Shown: piece by piece, positions 1 through 9,811 of the stretch
Layout: each line of letters opens with the position of its first letter
Position numbering within the stretch: position 1 is the stretch's first letter
Source: Candidatus Omnitrophota bacterium
Lineage (GTDB): Bacteria > Omnitrophota > Gorgyraeia > Zapsychrales > JANLHA01
Assembly (NCBI GenBank): GCA_963662715.1
Contig: OY759724.1
Location: 2,250,001-2,282,000 of the forward strand
Direction: 5' to 3'
DNA length: 32,000 nt
Program-made: the position numbers and the translations under genes
Notes under the pieces: model-generated
Databases searched by the model: none
What the model saw: the letters and a program-made list of their open reading frames with translations, nothing else
What the model was told of the DNA's origin: nothing

Positions 1-1236
1 CGTTATCTGATTCAGAAGACGGATTTTTTAAAAGTCAAAGATACAATGAATGAAGATCAGCTCCGTGTTTATGTGGATAAGTCTATTACGGATGTCTGTT
101 ACGAAGAACAGATGGAAATCACCATGGAGCAGCGCATCCGCCTGATTCGGGAGATGGTGGGTGCGGTTGTGGCTTTAGGGCCGCTCCGTCCCTTGATGGA
201 GGATAAGGAGATTACCGAAATTATGGTCAATGGGGCGCATCAGATTTATATTCAACGAAAAGGTCGGATTGACTTGTCGGATGTTAAATTTGAACATAAC
301 GAGCATCTCACGCATACGATACAGAAGTTGCTCAACAGTTCGGGAACCAACCGGCGTGTCGATGAGTCGAACCCTTACGTGGACTTTCCCCTGCCGGACG
401 GGACCCGCTGTAATGTTATCCTGCCTCCGTGTTCTTTGGTCGGCCCGGTCATGACAATACGAAAATTTGCCGATATTTCTACGATTGATGACGTATTAAG
501 ACTTAAAATGCTCGATCAAGATATTGCAACGTTTTTGTGCGGAACGATGTTGGCGAAACATAATATCGTTTTCTGCGGGGCGACGGGTACCGGTAAAACG
601 ACATTGCTTAACGTTTTGTCCCGGCATATCGATGATGAAGAGCGTATTATCACCATTGAGGATACCCCGGAATTGCGTCTTAAGCAGGACCACGTCGTGA
701 CCCTGCAGGCCAAAATGGCGAACGTAGAAGGAAAAGGCGCGATCTCGATCCGGGACCTTTTCGTCAACTCGCTGCGTATGCGTCCCGACCGGCTGATCAT
801 CGGGGAAGTCCGTTCCGATGAAATGCTCGACTTGATTGAATCTATCGCCTCCGGACACTCCGGTTCCTTGGCGATCGTCCACGCTGAATCCCCGGAGGAC
901 TGTTTCTCCCGTATGACCACGATGATGCTCATGACGGGTATTAAGCTGGATACCAGGATTATTGAAAAGCAGATCGGGCGGGCGATTGACCTGATCGTTC
1001 ATATTATTCTGTATCCGGACGGTGTGCGCCGGGTTACAAACGTGACCGATGTTTCCTGGGATGATGAGAGAGAAAAACCTGTCATGAAGGATATTTTTAC
1101 TTTTAAACAGGACAGCATATCCGCGGAGGGGAAGATTTCCGGGCATTGGGAATTCAACAGGGAAACTCCGGCAGCTTATGAGAAATTCAAGAAGAAGAAC
1201 ATTAAGCTGCCGGAAGGCTTTTTTAATAAGATGTAG
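1..1236 (+). CDS. cpaF: CpaF/TadA-family type II/IV secretion (Tad/Flp pilus assembly) ATPase, probably 5'-truncated by the window edge
   Basis: Family motifs are present: ALGPLRPLMEDKEITEIMVNG, Walker A GATGTGKTT, Walker B-like PDRLIIGEVRSDE and His-box GHSGSLAIVHA. Frame 1 has no stop from nt 1 to the first ATG at 46. The upstream residues (RYLIQKTDFLKVKDT) resemble the usual N-terminal helical bundle, so the gene likely starts upstream of the window. Confidence 0.85.
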   Translation, partial: RYLIQKTDFLKVKDTMNEDQLRVYVDKSITDVCYEEQMEITMEQRIRLIREMVGAVVALGPLRPLMEDKEITEIMVNGAHQIYIQRKGRIDLSDVKFEHNEHLTHTIQKLLNSSGTNRRVDESNPYVDFPLPDGTRCNVILPPCSLVGPVMTIRKFADISTIDDVLRLKMLDQDIATFLCGTMLAKHNIVFCGATGTGKTTLLNVLSRHIDDEERIITIEDTPELRLKQDHVVTLQAKMANVEGKGAISIRDLFVNSLRMRPDRLIIGEVRSDEMLDLIESIASGHSGSLAIVHAESPEDCFSRMTTMMLMTGIKLDTRIIEKQIGRAIDLIVHIILYPDGVRRVTNVTDVSWDDEREKPVMKDIFTFKQDSISAEGKISGHWEFNRETPAAYEKFKKKNIKLPEGFFNKM

Positions 1237-1269
1237 GTTAAGATGAATGAGACCGAATTGAGGAATATT

Positions 1270-2538
1270 ATGCGCTGGTCGCAATATTTTATACCCACTT
1301 TGAAAGAAACCCCTGTCGGGACAGAGGCTGTGAGTCATCAGCTGCTGTTAAGGGCCGGGCTGGTGAATATGCTGACTTCGGGGGTGTACTCTTATCTTCC
1401 GTTGGGCTTACGGGTGCTTCGCCGTATCGAAAGTATTATCCGTGAAGAGATGGATGCCGCCGGGGCTCAGGAGCTTTTTTTGCCTTGCTTGCAGCCCAGG
1501 GATTTGTGGAAAAAAACCGGGCGGGATCAGGTTTTAAATGAGATTATGATCCGCTTTACGGATAACCGCGGCAGAGAAATGTGTCTGGGCCCGACACATG
1601 AAGAAGTTATTACGGAATTAGTTAGGAATTATGTCCAGTCGTATCGTCAGCTTCCGGTGACGCTGTATCAGATTCAGACAAAATTCCGCGATGAACTGCG
1701 TACGCGTTTTGGGATCGTTCGGGCTTGTGAATTTATTATGAAGGACGCCTACAGTTTTGACCGCGACTGGGAAGGACTGAAACAAACGTATCAACGGATG
1801 CATGCCGCTTATCAGAATGTCTTTCGCCGGTGTGGTGTTGATGTTTACATTATTGCCGCAGATTCGGGCGCCATGGGGGGCGATGTCTCTCATGAGTTTT
1901 TGGCGCCGGCCCCGATCGGGGAAGACGAAGTCGCTCTTTGTGAAAGCTGCGGTTTTGTCGGTGCGGGAGCCATGCTCACAGAGACAAAGGGGGCGTGCCC
2001 GTCATGCCAGCAGGCGTTGACGAGACAGGTGGCGATCGAACTCGGACATATTTTTCAGTTGGGAACAAAATACAGCCAGTCGTTGGAAGCCTTGTTTCTT
2101 GATGAGGATGGTCAATTAAAGCCGATTATCATGGGCTGTTACGGAATCGGCGTGAGCCGTCTGATTGCGGCGGTCATTGAAAGGAATTATGACGATAAAG
2201 GCATTCTTTGGCCCCGGGAGGTGGCCCCTTTTGATGTCGAGATATTGCCTTTGCAGATGGAAGATCCTCAGGTGCAGACGGTTGCTCAGGATTTGGCACA
2301 GGTGTTGGAAGCCCGGGGCCTTAAAGTTCTGGTTGACGACCGTTCGGAAAGTCCGGGAAGAAAGTTCCACGATGCTGATTTGATCGGTCTCCCGTACCGG
2401 ATTGTGATAGGAACAAGGGGGCTGAAAGAGGGAATGCTTGAAATTAAGGAACGCCGGAGCGGGGAGGTCCTTAAAGTCAGGAAAGAAGACGCAGCTTCTA
2501 AATTTATGGACGTGCTTCATAAAGGGATGGGCCGTTGA
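1270..2538 (+). CDS. proS: Prolyl-tRNA synthetase, short bacterial-like form without the INS editing domain
   Basis: The N-terminus MRWSQYFIPTLKETP...SHQLLLRAG is typical of ProRS. Class II motifs are present (TKFRDELRTRFGIVRACEF, GCYGIGVSRLI) together with a C-terminal anticodon-binding region. GAGGA lies 5 nt upstream of ATG 1270; the ORF-track start at 1243 is an alternative. Confidence 0.9.
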   Translation: MRWSQYFIPTLKETPVGTEAVSHQLLLRAGLVNMLTSGVYSYLPLGLRVLRRIESIIREEMDAAGAQELFLPCLQPRDLWKKTGRDQVLNEIMIRFTDNRGREMCLGPTHEEVITELVRNYVQSYRQLPVTLYQIQTKFRDELRTRFGIVRACEFIMKDAYSFDRDWEGLKQTYQRMHAAYQNVFRRCGVDVYIIAADSGAMGGDVSHEFLAPAPIGEDEVALCESCGFVGAGAMLTETKGACPSCQQALTRQVAIELGHIFQLGTKYSQSLEALFLDEDGQLKPIIMGCYGIGVSRLIAAVIERNYDDKGILWPREVAPFDVEILPLQMEDPQVQTVAQDLAQVLEARGLKVLVDDRSESPGRKFHDADLIGLPYRIVIGTRGLKEGMLEIKERRSGEVLKVRKEDAASKFMDVLHKGMGR

Positions 2539-2539
2539 C

Positions 2540-2995
2540 GTGCTGGATGGGTATTGTGATCGTATTCGTGAATTCCTGGGGCCTATTTTGGAGGAGCAGG
2601 GGGCGGATCTGGTTGATTTAGAAGTTAAACGGGTGCAGAGAAAGATCCTTGTGAGGATTCTTATAGATTTGCCACAGGGCGGAATAACGATCGGACAATG
2701 CACGAAAGTGAATAAAGCGTTGTCCCGTATCCTCGATGAGCAAAATGTGATCGGAAGTGATTTCTTCCTGGAGGTTTGTTCTCCGGGCATTGACTGGCCT
2801 CTGAAGAGTGCGAAGGATTTTTTAAGGGTTGTGGGACGGCCGGTTCGCATGACTCTGTCGGAACCGCTCAATCAGAAAAGGGAATATTCGGGCAAGGTGG
2901 AAACTGTCAAAGAAGATCAGGTGATCATTGAAAGCGCAGGCGCGTCTTGTGCGATACCGTTGAACCAAATTAAAAATGCAACTCAAATGATTTAG
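2540..2995 (+). CDS. rimP: Ribosome maturation factor RimP
   Basis: The gene sits directly upstream of nusA. The length of about 150 aa and the sequence LGPILEEQGADLVDLEV...LEVCSPGIDWPL are typical of RimP. I chose GTG 2540 because the ORF-track ATG at 2438 would overlap proS by 100 nt. Confidence 0.8.
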   Translation: MLDGYCDRIREFLGPILEEQGADLVDLEVKRVQRKILVRILIDLPQGGITIGQCTKVNKALSRILDEQNVIGSDFFLEVCSPGIDWPLKSAKDFLRVVGRPVRMTLSEPLNQKREYSGKVETVKEDQVIIESAGASCAIPLNQIKNATQMI

Positions 2996-3008
2996 GAAGG
3001 GACAAGAA

Positions 3009-4241
3009 ATGGACAATAGAGAATTGCTAGCCATTTTAGATCAATTAGAACGGGATAAGGGCATTAATAAAGATGTTCTGATCGAGGCGGTGGAAGCGGC
3101 CGTGGCCTCCGCGGCCAAGAAGGTCTGGACCGTTGATAGCAATGAGGAAATCAATGTTGTTTTAAACCGCAAGACCGGGAAGCTTACGGCTTATGCCGGT
3201 GAACATGAAATTCGTTCGAGCGAGTTCGGCCGGATCGCCGCCCAGACGGCCAAGCAAGTTGTTATACAGAAAATCCGGGAGGCAGAGAAGGATGTTGTTT
3301 ACCAGGAATACTACAACAGAATCGGACAAATTATTTCCGGGGGGGTTTACCGTTTTGAAAAAGGGAATATTATTGTTGATTTGGGCAAGTCGGAAGGATA
3401 TCTGCCAAAGACGGAAATATCAAGTAAAGAGGAATTTAAACAGGGGGACCGTATCAGGGCTTATGTCCTGGATGTTACCCGGGAGGCTAAAGGCCCGCAG
3501 ATCATTTTGTCCCGAGCCAACCCGAATTTTGTCAAAAGACTTTTTGAACTGGAGGTCCCGGAGATATATGAAGGCATCGTGGAAATCAAATCGATTTCCC
3601 GAACGGTGGGAGAAAGAACCAAAATCGCTGTTTATTCAAAAGATGACAAGGTCGATTGCGTCGGGGCTTGTGTCGGTATGCGGGGAGCCAGGGTGAAAAA
3701 TATTGTCACGGAGCTCCAGGGGGAGAAGATTGATATTGTCCGTTATTCGAGCGATATTAAGGAATATATTCAGGCCGCTTTGTCTCCGGCGGAAATTTCG
3801 CAAATACAGATTAATGCCGAAGATAAAAAGGCGAATTTGATTGTTGCGGACGATCAGTTGTCGCTTGCGATCGGCAAGAGGGGACAAAATGTGCGCCTGG
3901 CCAGTGAACTCGTAGGGTGGGAATTAAATATCTTTACCGCAGAACAATGGGCTCAGCAGCAGGAACCCCCTGTTCCGGAAGAGCCTTCACTGGAAGGTGT
4001 TGTAGAAGAAACGGCCGCTTTTTCAACGGCGGAGAACAAGGATTCTCTGGATTCGGAACTATCCAAATTATCAAGCGTGGGCACGAAAACCATTGAAGCT
4101 TTACAGGAAGCCGGTTTTCAGACAATAGAGAGTATTGCCGCGGCGAGTATCGAGGATTTGACACGCATTAAAGGTTTGGGTACAATCAAGGCTGAAAAAT
4201 TAATCGAAGAAGCCGAATCTATGACAGGGAAGAAAGAATAA
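3009..4241 (+). CDS. nusA: Transcription termination/antitermination factor NusA
   Basis: The N-terminal LAILDQLERDKGINKDVLIEAVEAAV is followed by an S1 region, KH repeats (GACVGMRGARVKNI, AIGKRGQNVRLAS) and a C-terminal HhH region. It occupies the expected position in rimP-nusA-infB order. Confidence 0.95.
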   Translation: MDNRELLAILDQLERDKGINKDVLIEAVEAAVASAAKKVWTVDSNEEINVVLNRKTGKLTAYAGEHEIRSSEFGRIAAQTAKQVVIQKIREAEKDVVYQEYYNRIGQIISGGVYRFEKGNIIVDLGKSEGYLPKTEISSKEEFKQGDRIRAYVLDVTREAKGPQIILSRANPNFVKRLFELEVPEIYEGIVEIKSISRTVGERTKIAVYSKDDKVDCVGACVGMRGARVKNIVTELQGEKIDIVRYSSDIKEYIQAALSPAEISQIQINAEDKKANLIVADDQLSLAIGKRGQNVRLASELVGWELNIFTAEQWAQQQEPPVPEEPSLEGVVEETAAFSTAENKDSLDSELSKLSSVGTKTIEALQEAGFQTIESIAAASIEDLTRIKGLGTIKAEKLIEEAESMTGKKE

Positions 4242-4269
4242 TTTTTGAAAAAGGGATTAGGGATATTAT

Positions 4270-4896
4270 ATGCATGTTTATGAACTAGCAGATGAATTAC
4301 ATATCAGTATAGAAGCTGTCCTGAAAAAGCTGAAATCTTTGAAGCTCAAGGCCAAGGACGGGGATCAGGTCCTCAATAAGGCTGTTATTATCGTTTTGCG
4401 CAGTGAACTTAAAAAGGATATGCAGGATCCCCAAAAGATGCAGCTCATGCAGAAGCAAAGGGCCCGGGAGAAAGAAAAGAAAAGTCTTGTTCGGAAATCC
4501 CCTGAGACAGCTGTCCCTGCGGAGGAACCCGCTTCGGACACAGAATCGAAGGCGGCTAAGAAGGGAACGACTGTCAAGAAAAAGACGGTTCGCGGCCGGA
4601 AGCCGGCGGCAAAAACCAAAGCAGAGGGGAATAAAGCCAAGGTCGCCAGCCCAGATAAGAAGGCACAAGCGAAACCGGAACCTGAACCAGAAGAGAAGCC
4701 GAAGAAAATTAAAACAAAAAAAATCGAAGCTCCTTTCGTCCCGCTTAAACCGTTGGCCAAAAAGAAACGTAAAACAGCCGGAGGAAAAACGGCCCGGGAT
4801 TCCTCCGATTCCAAGAGCTCTTCGGGGAGAAGACGATCTTCCTCCGATGCCTCCTTTGCCCCCGGCGAAGGAACAGACAATGACTCGCGTCGGTAA
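4270..4896 (+). CDS. IF-2 N-terminal domain plus Lys/Glu/Pro-rich linker ORF, detached from the infB core (either a frameshifted 5' part of infB or a genuinely separate ORF)
   Basis: It starts with an IF2_N-like segment (VYELADELHISIEAVLKKLKSL) followed by a low-complexity K/E/P/A linker of the kind seen in long IF-2 N-termini. It ends at TAA 4894-4896, 30 nt before the infB core ORF, which is in a different frame. Confidence 0.6.
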   Translation: MHVYELADELHISIEAVLKKLKSLKLKAKDGDQVLNKAVIIVLRSELKKDMQDPQKMQLMQKQRAREKEKKSLVRKSPETAVPAEEPASDTESKAAKKGTTVKKKTVRGRKPAAKTKAEGNKAKVASPDKKAQAKPEPEPEEKPKKIKTKKIEAPFVPLKPLAKKKRKTAGGKTARDSSDSKSSSGRRRSSSDASFAPGEGTDNDSRR

Positions 4897-4925
4897 CACA
4901 GCCGCCGATTGAGAAAACAAAGGAC

Positions 4926-6686
4926 ATGGTCGAGCTGGAATTGAAGATCCCTATTTCCGTAAAAGATTTTTCCGTCCGTATTCAGCAAAAGACCAGTTTG
5001 GTCCTGAAGAAGCTCATGCAGATGGGGGTGATGTGTAATATTAATCAGAATCTTGATGAGGATGTCGTTAAACGTCTAGCTGTGGACTTTGGTTATTTTA
5101 TCATAAAAATGAAAACCCAGGAACAACAGCTCATTGAGACCCATCAAAAAGAAGAAGAAGACCCTTCTACCCTGGAATTCCGGGCTCCGGTGGTTACTTT
5201 TATGGGCCATGTTGATCACGGGAAAACCTCTTTGCTGGACAGGATACGGAAAAGTCAGATTGTTGACAGCGAACACGGCGGTATCACACAACATATCGGC
5301 GCTTATTCTGTCAGACTGCCTAAAGGGAAGATAACATTTTTAGATACTCCGGGTCACGAGGCTTTTACAGCCATGCGGGCGCGCGGGGCCCATATCACCG
5401 ATCTCGTTGTTTTGGTTGTTGCCGCGGATGAAGGGGTGATGCCGCAGACGGAAGAGGCCATTGATCATGCGCGTGCGGCCGACGTGCCTCTTGTTGTGGC
5501 TATGAACAAGATTGATCGCCGCAATGCCGATCCCGACCGGATCAAAAAGGAATTATCCGAGCACGGGTTGAATCCTGAGGACTGGGGCGGAAAGACAATC
5601 GTCGTGGGCGTTTCGGCCGTCACGGGAGAGGGTATTGACCAGTTGCTTGAAATGATTTTACTGGAAGCGGAAATGCTGGAACTTAAAGCCAACAGGAATA
5701 AAGCTGCCTCGGGGATCGTGGTTGAGGCCCATTTGAGCCGTGGAAAAGGGGCCGTTGCAAGTTTAATCGTGCAAAGCGGAACCCTCTACGTCAATGATAT
5801 CATTGTTGTGGGGTCATATTACGGGAAGATTAAAGCCATGTTTGATGACCAGGAACGCCCTGTCAGGGAAGCCGGTCCGTCGACTCCCGTTGAAATTTTA
5901 GGCCTTCCGGGAGTGCCGGAAGCAGGAGAGCAGTTCTACGTTATTCAGGATGAAAAACAGGCCAGAGAAATCGCGCTTATGCGTTCAGAACAGCTGAAGA
6001 AGGAAAAATTAATGGCCTCCTCTAAACGTGTGACTTTAGAGGATTTATATTCCCAGATACAAGAAGGCAGTATCAAAGAGTTAAATGTCATCCTGAAGGC
6101 TGATGTGCAGGGTTCGGTTGAGGCTTTACGCGATTCTCTGGAAAAAATCCCCAGCAATGAAGTTAAAGTGAAGTTTATCCATACCGGGGTAGGAGATGTT
6201 AATGCTTCGGATGTTATTTTGGCGGTAGCTTCAAATGCCATTATCATTGCTTTTCATGTCGGGATCGGGCCCAAGGCCGCCGATGACCTGGAAAAACAGC
6301 CTGTGGATGTGCGGCAGTACCGGATCATCTATGATGCGGTGAACGATGTCCGCAAAGCTTTAGAAGGTATGCTGGCGCCCAAAATGAAGCGGCGGGATTT
6401 GAGTCAGATTGATGTCCGGCAGGTTTTTAAACTCAGTAAGTCCGGGATTATTGCCGGCTGTTATGTGACGAAAGGGAAGGTCACCCGCAAGTCGAATATT
6501 GAAGTGATTCGTAACGGAGAAGTCATTTTCTCCGGAACGATCAGCACTTTAAAGCGTTTTAAAGATGATGTGCGGGAAGTCGCCGAAGGCTATGAATGCG
6601 GTGTTTCTATTAACGGATTTACCGATTTCCAGCCGGGAGATAAACTGGTGACTTTTGAAATTGAGACAATTGCCAGGACATTATAA
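4926..6686 (+). CDS. infB: Translation initiation factor IF-2 (second IF2_N domain, GTPase and C-terminal domains)
   Basis: IF2_N ([32 protein letters not shown]) is followed by G1 [13 protein letters not shown]3 DTPGHEAF and G4 NKID, then the conserved domains II-IV. It follows nusA. Confidence 0.92.
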   Translation: MVELELKIPISVKDFSVRIQQKTSLVLKKLMQMGVMCNINQNLDEDVVKRLAVDFGYFIIKMKTQEQQLIETHQKEEEDPSTLEFRAPVVTFMGHVDHGKTSLLDRIRKSQIVDSEHGGITQHIGAYSVRLPKGKITFLDTPGHEAFTAMRARGAHITDLVVLVVAADEGVMPQTEEAIDHARAADVPLVVAMNKIDRRNADPDRIKKELSEHGLNPEDWGGKTIVVGVSAVTGEGIDQLLEMILLEAEMLELKANRNKAASGIVVEAHLSRGKGAVASLIVQSGTLYVNDIIVVGSYYGKIKAMFDDQERPVREAGPSTPVEILGLPGVPEAGEQFYVIQDEKQAREIALMRSEQLKKEKLMASSKRVTLEDLYSQIQEGSIKELNVILKADVQGSVEALRDSLEKIPSNEVKVKFIHTGVGDVNASDVILAVASNAIIIAFHVGIGPKAADDLEKQPVDVRQYRIIYDAVNDVRKALEGMLAPKMKRRDLSQIDVRQVFKLSKSGIIAGCYVTKGKVTRKSNIEVIRNGEVIFSGTISTLKRFKDDVREVAEGYECGVSINGFTDFQPGDKLVTFEIETIARTL

Positions 6687-6772
6687 GGGCCCAGAAACCT
6701 CCTCTATGGACTTATGAACACGGCACTGTCGCATCACGATAATCACAATTTTTTAATCATCAGATAACGTTT

Positions 6773-7756
6773 ATGAAAAAAATAATTTTTAGCGGAATGC
6801 GCCCTACGGGGAAATTGCACTTAGGCCATCTTGTCGGCGCATTGCAGAACTGGATTCAGCTGCAGGAGTCCTATGCGAGTATCTTTTGTATTGTCGACTG
6901 GCATGCTTACATGGGGGAATATGAGCAGAGCGGGAATATCAAAGATAATATTCTTGATATGGCTGTGGACTGGATCGCCTGCGGGATAGACCCGGTCAAA
7001 TCAACGGTCTATGTTCAATCTCATGTCCCGGAGCATACGGAACTGCATATGGTCCTTTCCTGCATCACCCCGTTAGGCTGGTTGGAGCGGAATCCGACCT
7101 ATAAAGAACAACTGCGGGAGATCACAACGCGGGATCTTCAAACGTATGGTTTTTTGGGGTACCCGGTTCTCCAGGCCGCGGATATCTTACTGTATAAAGC
7201 GAACGCTGTTCCTATCGGGGAGGATCAGCTCCCACATATTGAACTGACACGGGAAATTTCCCGGCGGTTCAATTTCCTTTGCAAGAGAGATGTTTTTTCT
7301 GACTGCGAAGCTATTTTAACCCAGACACCGCGCTTGCTCGGTATTGACGGACGGAAAATGAGCAAAAGTTATAATAATGCGATTAACTTGTCTGATACGG
7401 CAGAGGAGGTCAAAGAAAAAGTCCGCCAAATGTTTACGGATCCTCAACGCATCAGACGTTCGGACCCCGGGCGTCCCGATCAATGCAATGTCTACAGCTA
7501 TTATCAGGTTTTTGCCCCGCAGAGCACGGAGGAGGTCTGCCGGTGGTGTACAAAGGCCGAGAAAGGATGCACGGATTGTAAACGGACTTTATCCGAATGC
7601 CTCTTGAAGCATCTTGCGCCGATTCAGGAGAAGAGGCAGGCGCTTCTTAGTGAAAGGAATAAGATTTTTGATGTTTTAGAAGAGGGGAAGCAAAAAGCTC
7701 AGGCGATAGCCCGTCGGACTTTGAATGAAGTGAAGGAGGTGATTTTTCGATCATGA
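6773..7756 (+). CDS. trpS: Tryptophanyl-tRNA synthetase
   Basis: The class I signatures are present: a HIGH-like GKLHLGHLVG and KMSKS. The size (327 aa) and GYPVLQAADIL are typical of TrpRS. Confidence 0.92.
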   Translation: MKKIIFSGMRPTGKLHLGHLVGALQNWIQLQESYASIFCIVDWHAYMGEYEQSGNIKDNILDMAVDWIACGIDPVKSTVYVQSHVPEHTELHMVLSCITPLGWLERNPTYKEQLREITTRDLQTYGFLGYPVLQAADILLYKANAVPIGEDQLPHIELTREISRRFNFLCKRDVFSDCEAILTQTPRLLGIDGRKMSKSYNNAINLSDTAEEVKEKVRQMFTDPQRIRRSDPGRPDQCNVYSYYQVFAPQSTEEVCRWCTKAEKGCTDCKRTLSECLLKHLAPIQEKRQALLSERNKIFDVLEEGKQKAQAIARRTLNEVKEVIFRS

Positions 7757-8529
7757 GCTATAAACTCAAATTAGATATTTTTGAGGGGCCGTTGGATTTA
7801 TTGCTTTATTTGATTAAGAAAAATGATATTGATATTTGTGATATCCCCATCACTCAGATCACGGATCAATATATGGAATATATTGAAATGATGCGGCTTT
7901 TGGACCTGGAGTTTGTGGGGGATTTCCTCGTTATGGCGGCGACGCTGATGCAGATAAAATCAAGGATGCTGCTGCCTCCGGACCCGTCGCAGGAAGAAGA
8001 GGAAGAAGACCCCCGAGACGAATTGGTCAGAAAATTGCAGGAATATAAAATATTTAAGGAAATAGCCGACCACCTGAAAATAAAAGAGACGGAGCGTCAG
8101 AAGCTGTTCCCCCGAAAACTGGATGAGGAGCTTCGCAAGGAGATAGAGGATGAAAGCAAGGAAGTCTATTTTGAAGCGAATCTGTTTGATTTGATTGACG
8201 CTTTTACAAAAGCCCTGAACCGTTTTAAAGAAGCGCCGGTTTATGAAGTGGCCAAAGAGGAATTCACCGTTGAACAGAAAGTCCATGATGTCCTGCATGC
8301 CTTGCTTAAAAACCCGACGATCCTTTTAACGGAATTTTTTGTCCGTTCTTCCAGCAAAATGGAAGTGATTGTGACTTTCATGGCTATCCTGGAATTGATC
8401 CGGTTGCGGGAAATCCGGGTCGTGCAGAAACGCCTTTTTGCTGATATTGAAGTGATACGGAACAGGGAAAAAGAAACCCCGCCTCAGCCGGAGAGGCCGG
8501 AGACGGGAGAGGTGGAGACGGATACTTAA
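7753..8529 (+). CDS. scpA: Segregation and condensation protein A (kleisin ScpA)
   Basis: The N-terminal [27 protein letters not shown] is followed by an acidic linker and the C-terminal [11 protein letters not shown]. The start overlaps the trpS stop (ATGA). Confidence 0.9.
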   Translation: MSYKLKLDIFEGPLDLLLYLIKKNDIDICDIPITQITDQYMEYIEMMRLLDLEFVGDFLVMAATLMQIKSRMLLPPDPSQEEEEEDPRDELVRKLQEYKIFKEIADHLKIKETERQKLFPRKLDEELRKEIEDESKEVYFEANLFDLIDAFTKALNRFKEAPVYEVAKEEFTVEQKVHDVLHALLKNPTILLTEFFVRSSSKMEVIVTFMAILELIRLREIRVVQKRLFADIEVIRNREKETPPQPERPETGEVETDT

Positions 8530-8533
8530 GGTT

Positions 8534-9580
8534 ATGACAGAGGACAGGCAGGCAAGAAAAAAACTGGTGCTTAATCAGGAGACCGAAGAGGACAAGATCG
8601 TCAGTTTATCCCTGCGTCCGGCAAAATTTTCTGAATTTGTGGGGCAGCAGGATGTGATTCACAATCTGCAGGTGACTCTTTCCGCCGCAAAACAGCGGGG
8701 CGACTGCCTGGAACACATGCTTTTTTCCGGTCCTCCGGGGTTGGGAAAGACGTCGCTGTCTTACATCATTGCGCATGAGATGGGCTCCCGGATCACGGTA
8801 ACGTCCGGTCCGGCGATTGACCGTGCCGGGGATTTGATCGGCATTTTAACGAATCTGGAACGCGGGGATATTTTATTTATTGATGAAATTCACCGGCTGT
8901 CAAAAGTCGTTGAAGAATTCCTTTATCCGGCTATGGAAAATTTTAAAATTGATTTTATTGTGGATAAAGGCCCTTATGCGAGGACGATTAATTTCCATTT
9001 AAAGCCGTTCACATTGGTCGGCGCAACAACACGAAGCGGGCTGCTGGCATCACCCTTAAGAGACAGGTTCGGGATTTTCCATCATCTGGACTTTTATTCG
9101 GAAGAGGATTTAAGCGTTATTATTGTCAATTCAGCCCGAAAGCTGAACGTTTCTGTTGAACAGCCGGCGGCTTATGAAATTGCCCGCAGGGCCAGGGGGA
9201 CCCCCCGTATTGCCAACCGTTTGCTCCGTCGGGTCAGGGATTTTGCCCAGGTTAAAACGGAGTCAGGCGTTATTTCCCCGGCTGTCGTTCTTGAGTCCAT
9301 GAAATTTTTAGGCATTGATCCTCTGGGCTTGGACGATGTTGACAGACGGCTGCTGAAAGTGATCGATCAACATTATAATGGCGGCCCGGTTGGTATTGAA
9401 GCTTTGGCGGCGACGTTAAACGAGGAGATAGATACTATCGTGGATGTGATTGAACCGTATCTGCTTAAGACAGGGTTTTTGCGCCGGACCCCCCGTGGCC
9501 GTGAATTGACACCGCAGGCTATTCAGCATATTAACGGTTCATCCTTCCAGAAAGTGAACCTTCAACAAGAGTTCCTGTAA
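8534..9580 (+). CDS. ruvB: Holliday junction branch migration helicase RuvB
   Basis: [12 protein letters not shown], Walker [10 protein letters not shown], Walker [18 protein letters not shown] and the arginine-rich [16 protein letters not shown] are all present. Confidence 0.95.
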   Translation: MTEDRQARKKLVLNQETEEDKIVSLSLRPAKFSEFVGQQDVIHNLQVTLSAAKQRGDCLEHMLFSGPPGLGKTSLSYIIAHEMGSRITVTSGPAIDRAGDLIGILTNLERGDILFIDEIHRLSKVVEEFLYPAMENFKIDFIVDKGPYARTINFHLKPFTLVGATTRSGLLASPLRDRFGIFHHLDFYSEEDLSVIIVNSARKLNVSVEQPAAYEIARRARGTPRIANRLLRRVRDFAQVKTESGVISPAVVLESMKFLGIDPLGLDDVDRRLLKVIDQHYNGGPVGIEALAATLNEEIDTIVDVIEPYLLKTGFLRRTPRGRELTPQAIQHINGSSFQKVNLQQEFL

Positions 9581-9591
9581 ACTCACCTTTG

Positions 9592-9810
9592 ATGGATCAT
9601 ACTATGTCTAAATGGCTGTTTTTATGTGCGGCTTGCTTTTTTATAGCAGGTCTTTTTGTATTTATATTTGAGAGAATCCCCGGGGCAGGCCGCCTGCCGG
9701 GAGATTTGCTTTTTAAAAAACCAGCTTTTACCGTTTATATCCCTTTGACGACATGTCTGGTCCTCAGCATTCTGTTAACCCTGATTTTGAACTTTTTTGG
9801 AAAGAAATAA
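9592..9810 (+). CDS. Small membrane protein, DUF2905-like
   Basis: It has two hydrophobic helices flanking the GRLPGDLLFKK motif typical of DUF2905, which commonly follows ruvB. ATG 9592 and ATG 9604 are both possible starts; the ORF-track start at 9589 is a TTG. Confidence 0.7.
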   Translation: MDHTMSKWLFLCAACFFIAGLFVFIFERIPGAGRLPGDLLFKKPAFTVYIPLTTCLVLSILLTLILNFFGKK

Positions 9811-9811
9811 A

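Noticed and set aside
496-1338. A long antisense ORF (280 aa, minus strand) opposite cpaF. Similar minus-strand ORFs occur at 2116-2871, 10235-10903, 19271-19972 and 21037-21486.
   Set aside because: Each lies wholly inside a + strand gene with unmistakable family motifs. Their products are low-complexity and Arg/Ser/Pro-rich with no recognisable domains. They are shadow ORFs of the kind expected opposite real coding sequence.
4884-4896. Programmed -1 ribosomal frameshift joining the two infB ORFs.
   Set aside because: The only window where both frames are open contains no X XXY YYZ slippery heptamer, no homopolymer, and no obvious downstream pseudoknot or hairpin. An indel or a genuine split is more parsimonious.
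4297-4988. Several overlapping 170-207 aa ORFs in other frames and on the minus strand across the IF-2 linker region (4297-4920 minus, 4365-4988 minus, 4403-4912 plus).
   Set aside because: The region is purine-rich, low-complexity, Lys/Glu/Pro-coding DNA that happens to lack stops in many frames. Only frame 1 begins with a recognisable IF2_N segment.
6687-6772. T-box leader upstream of trpS (and likewise upstream of proS at 1237-1269).
   Set aside because: The spacers are 86 nt and about 30 nt. That is far too short for a T-box (about 200 nt or more), and no specifier-loop or T-box sequence is visible.
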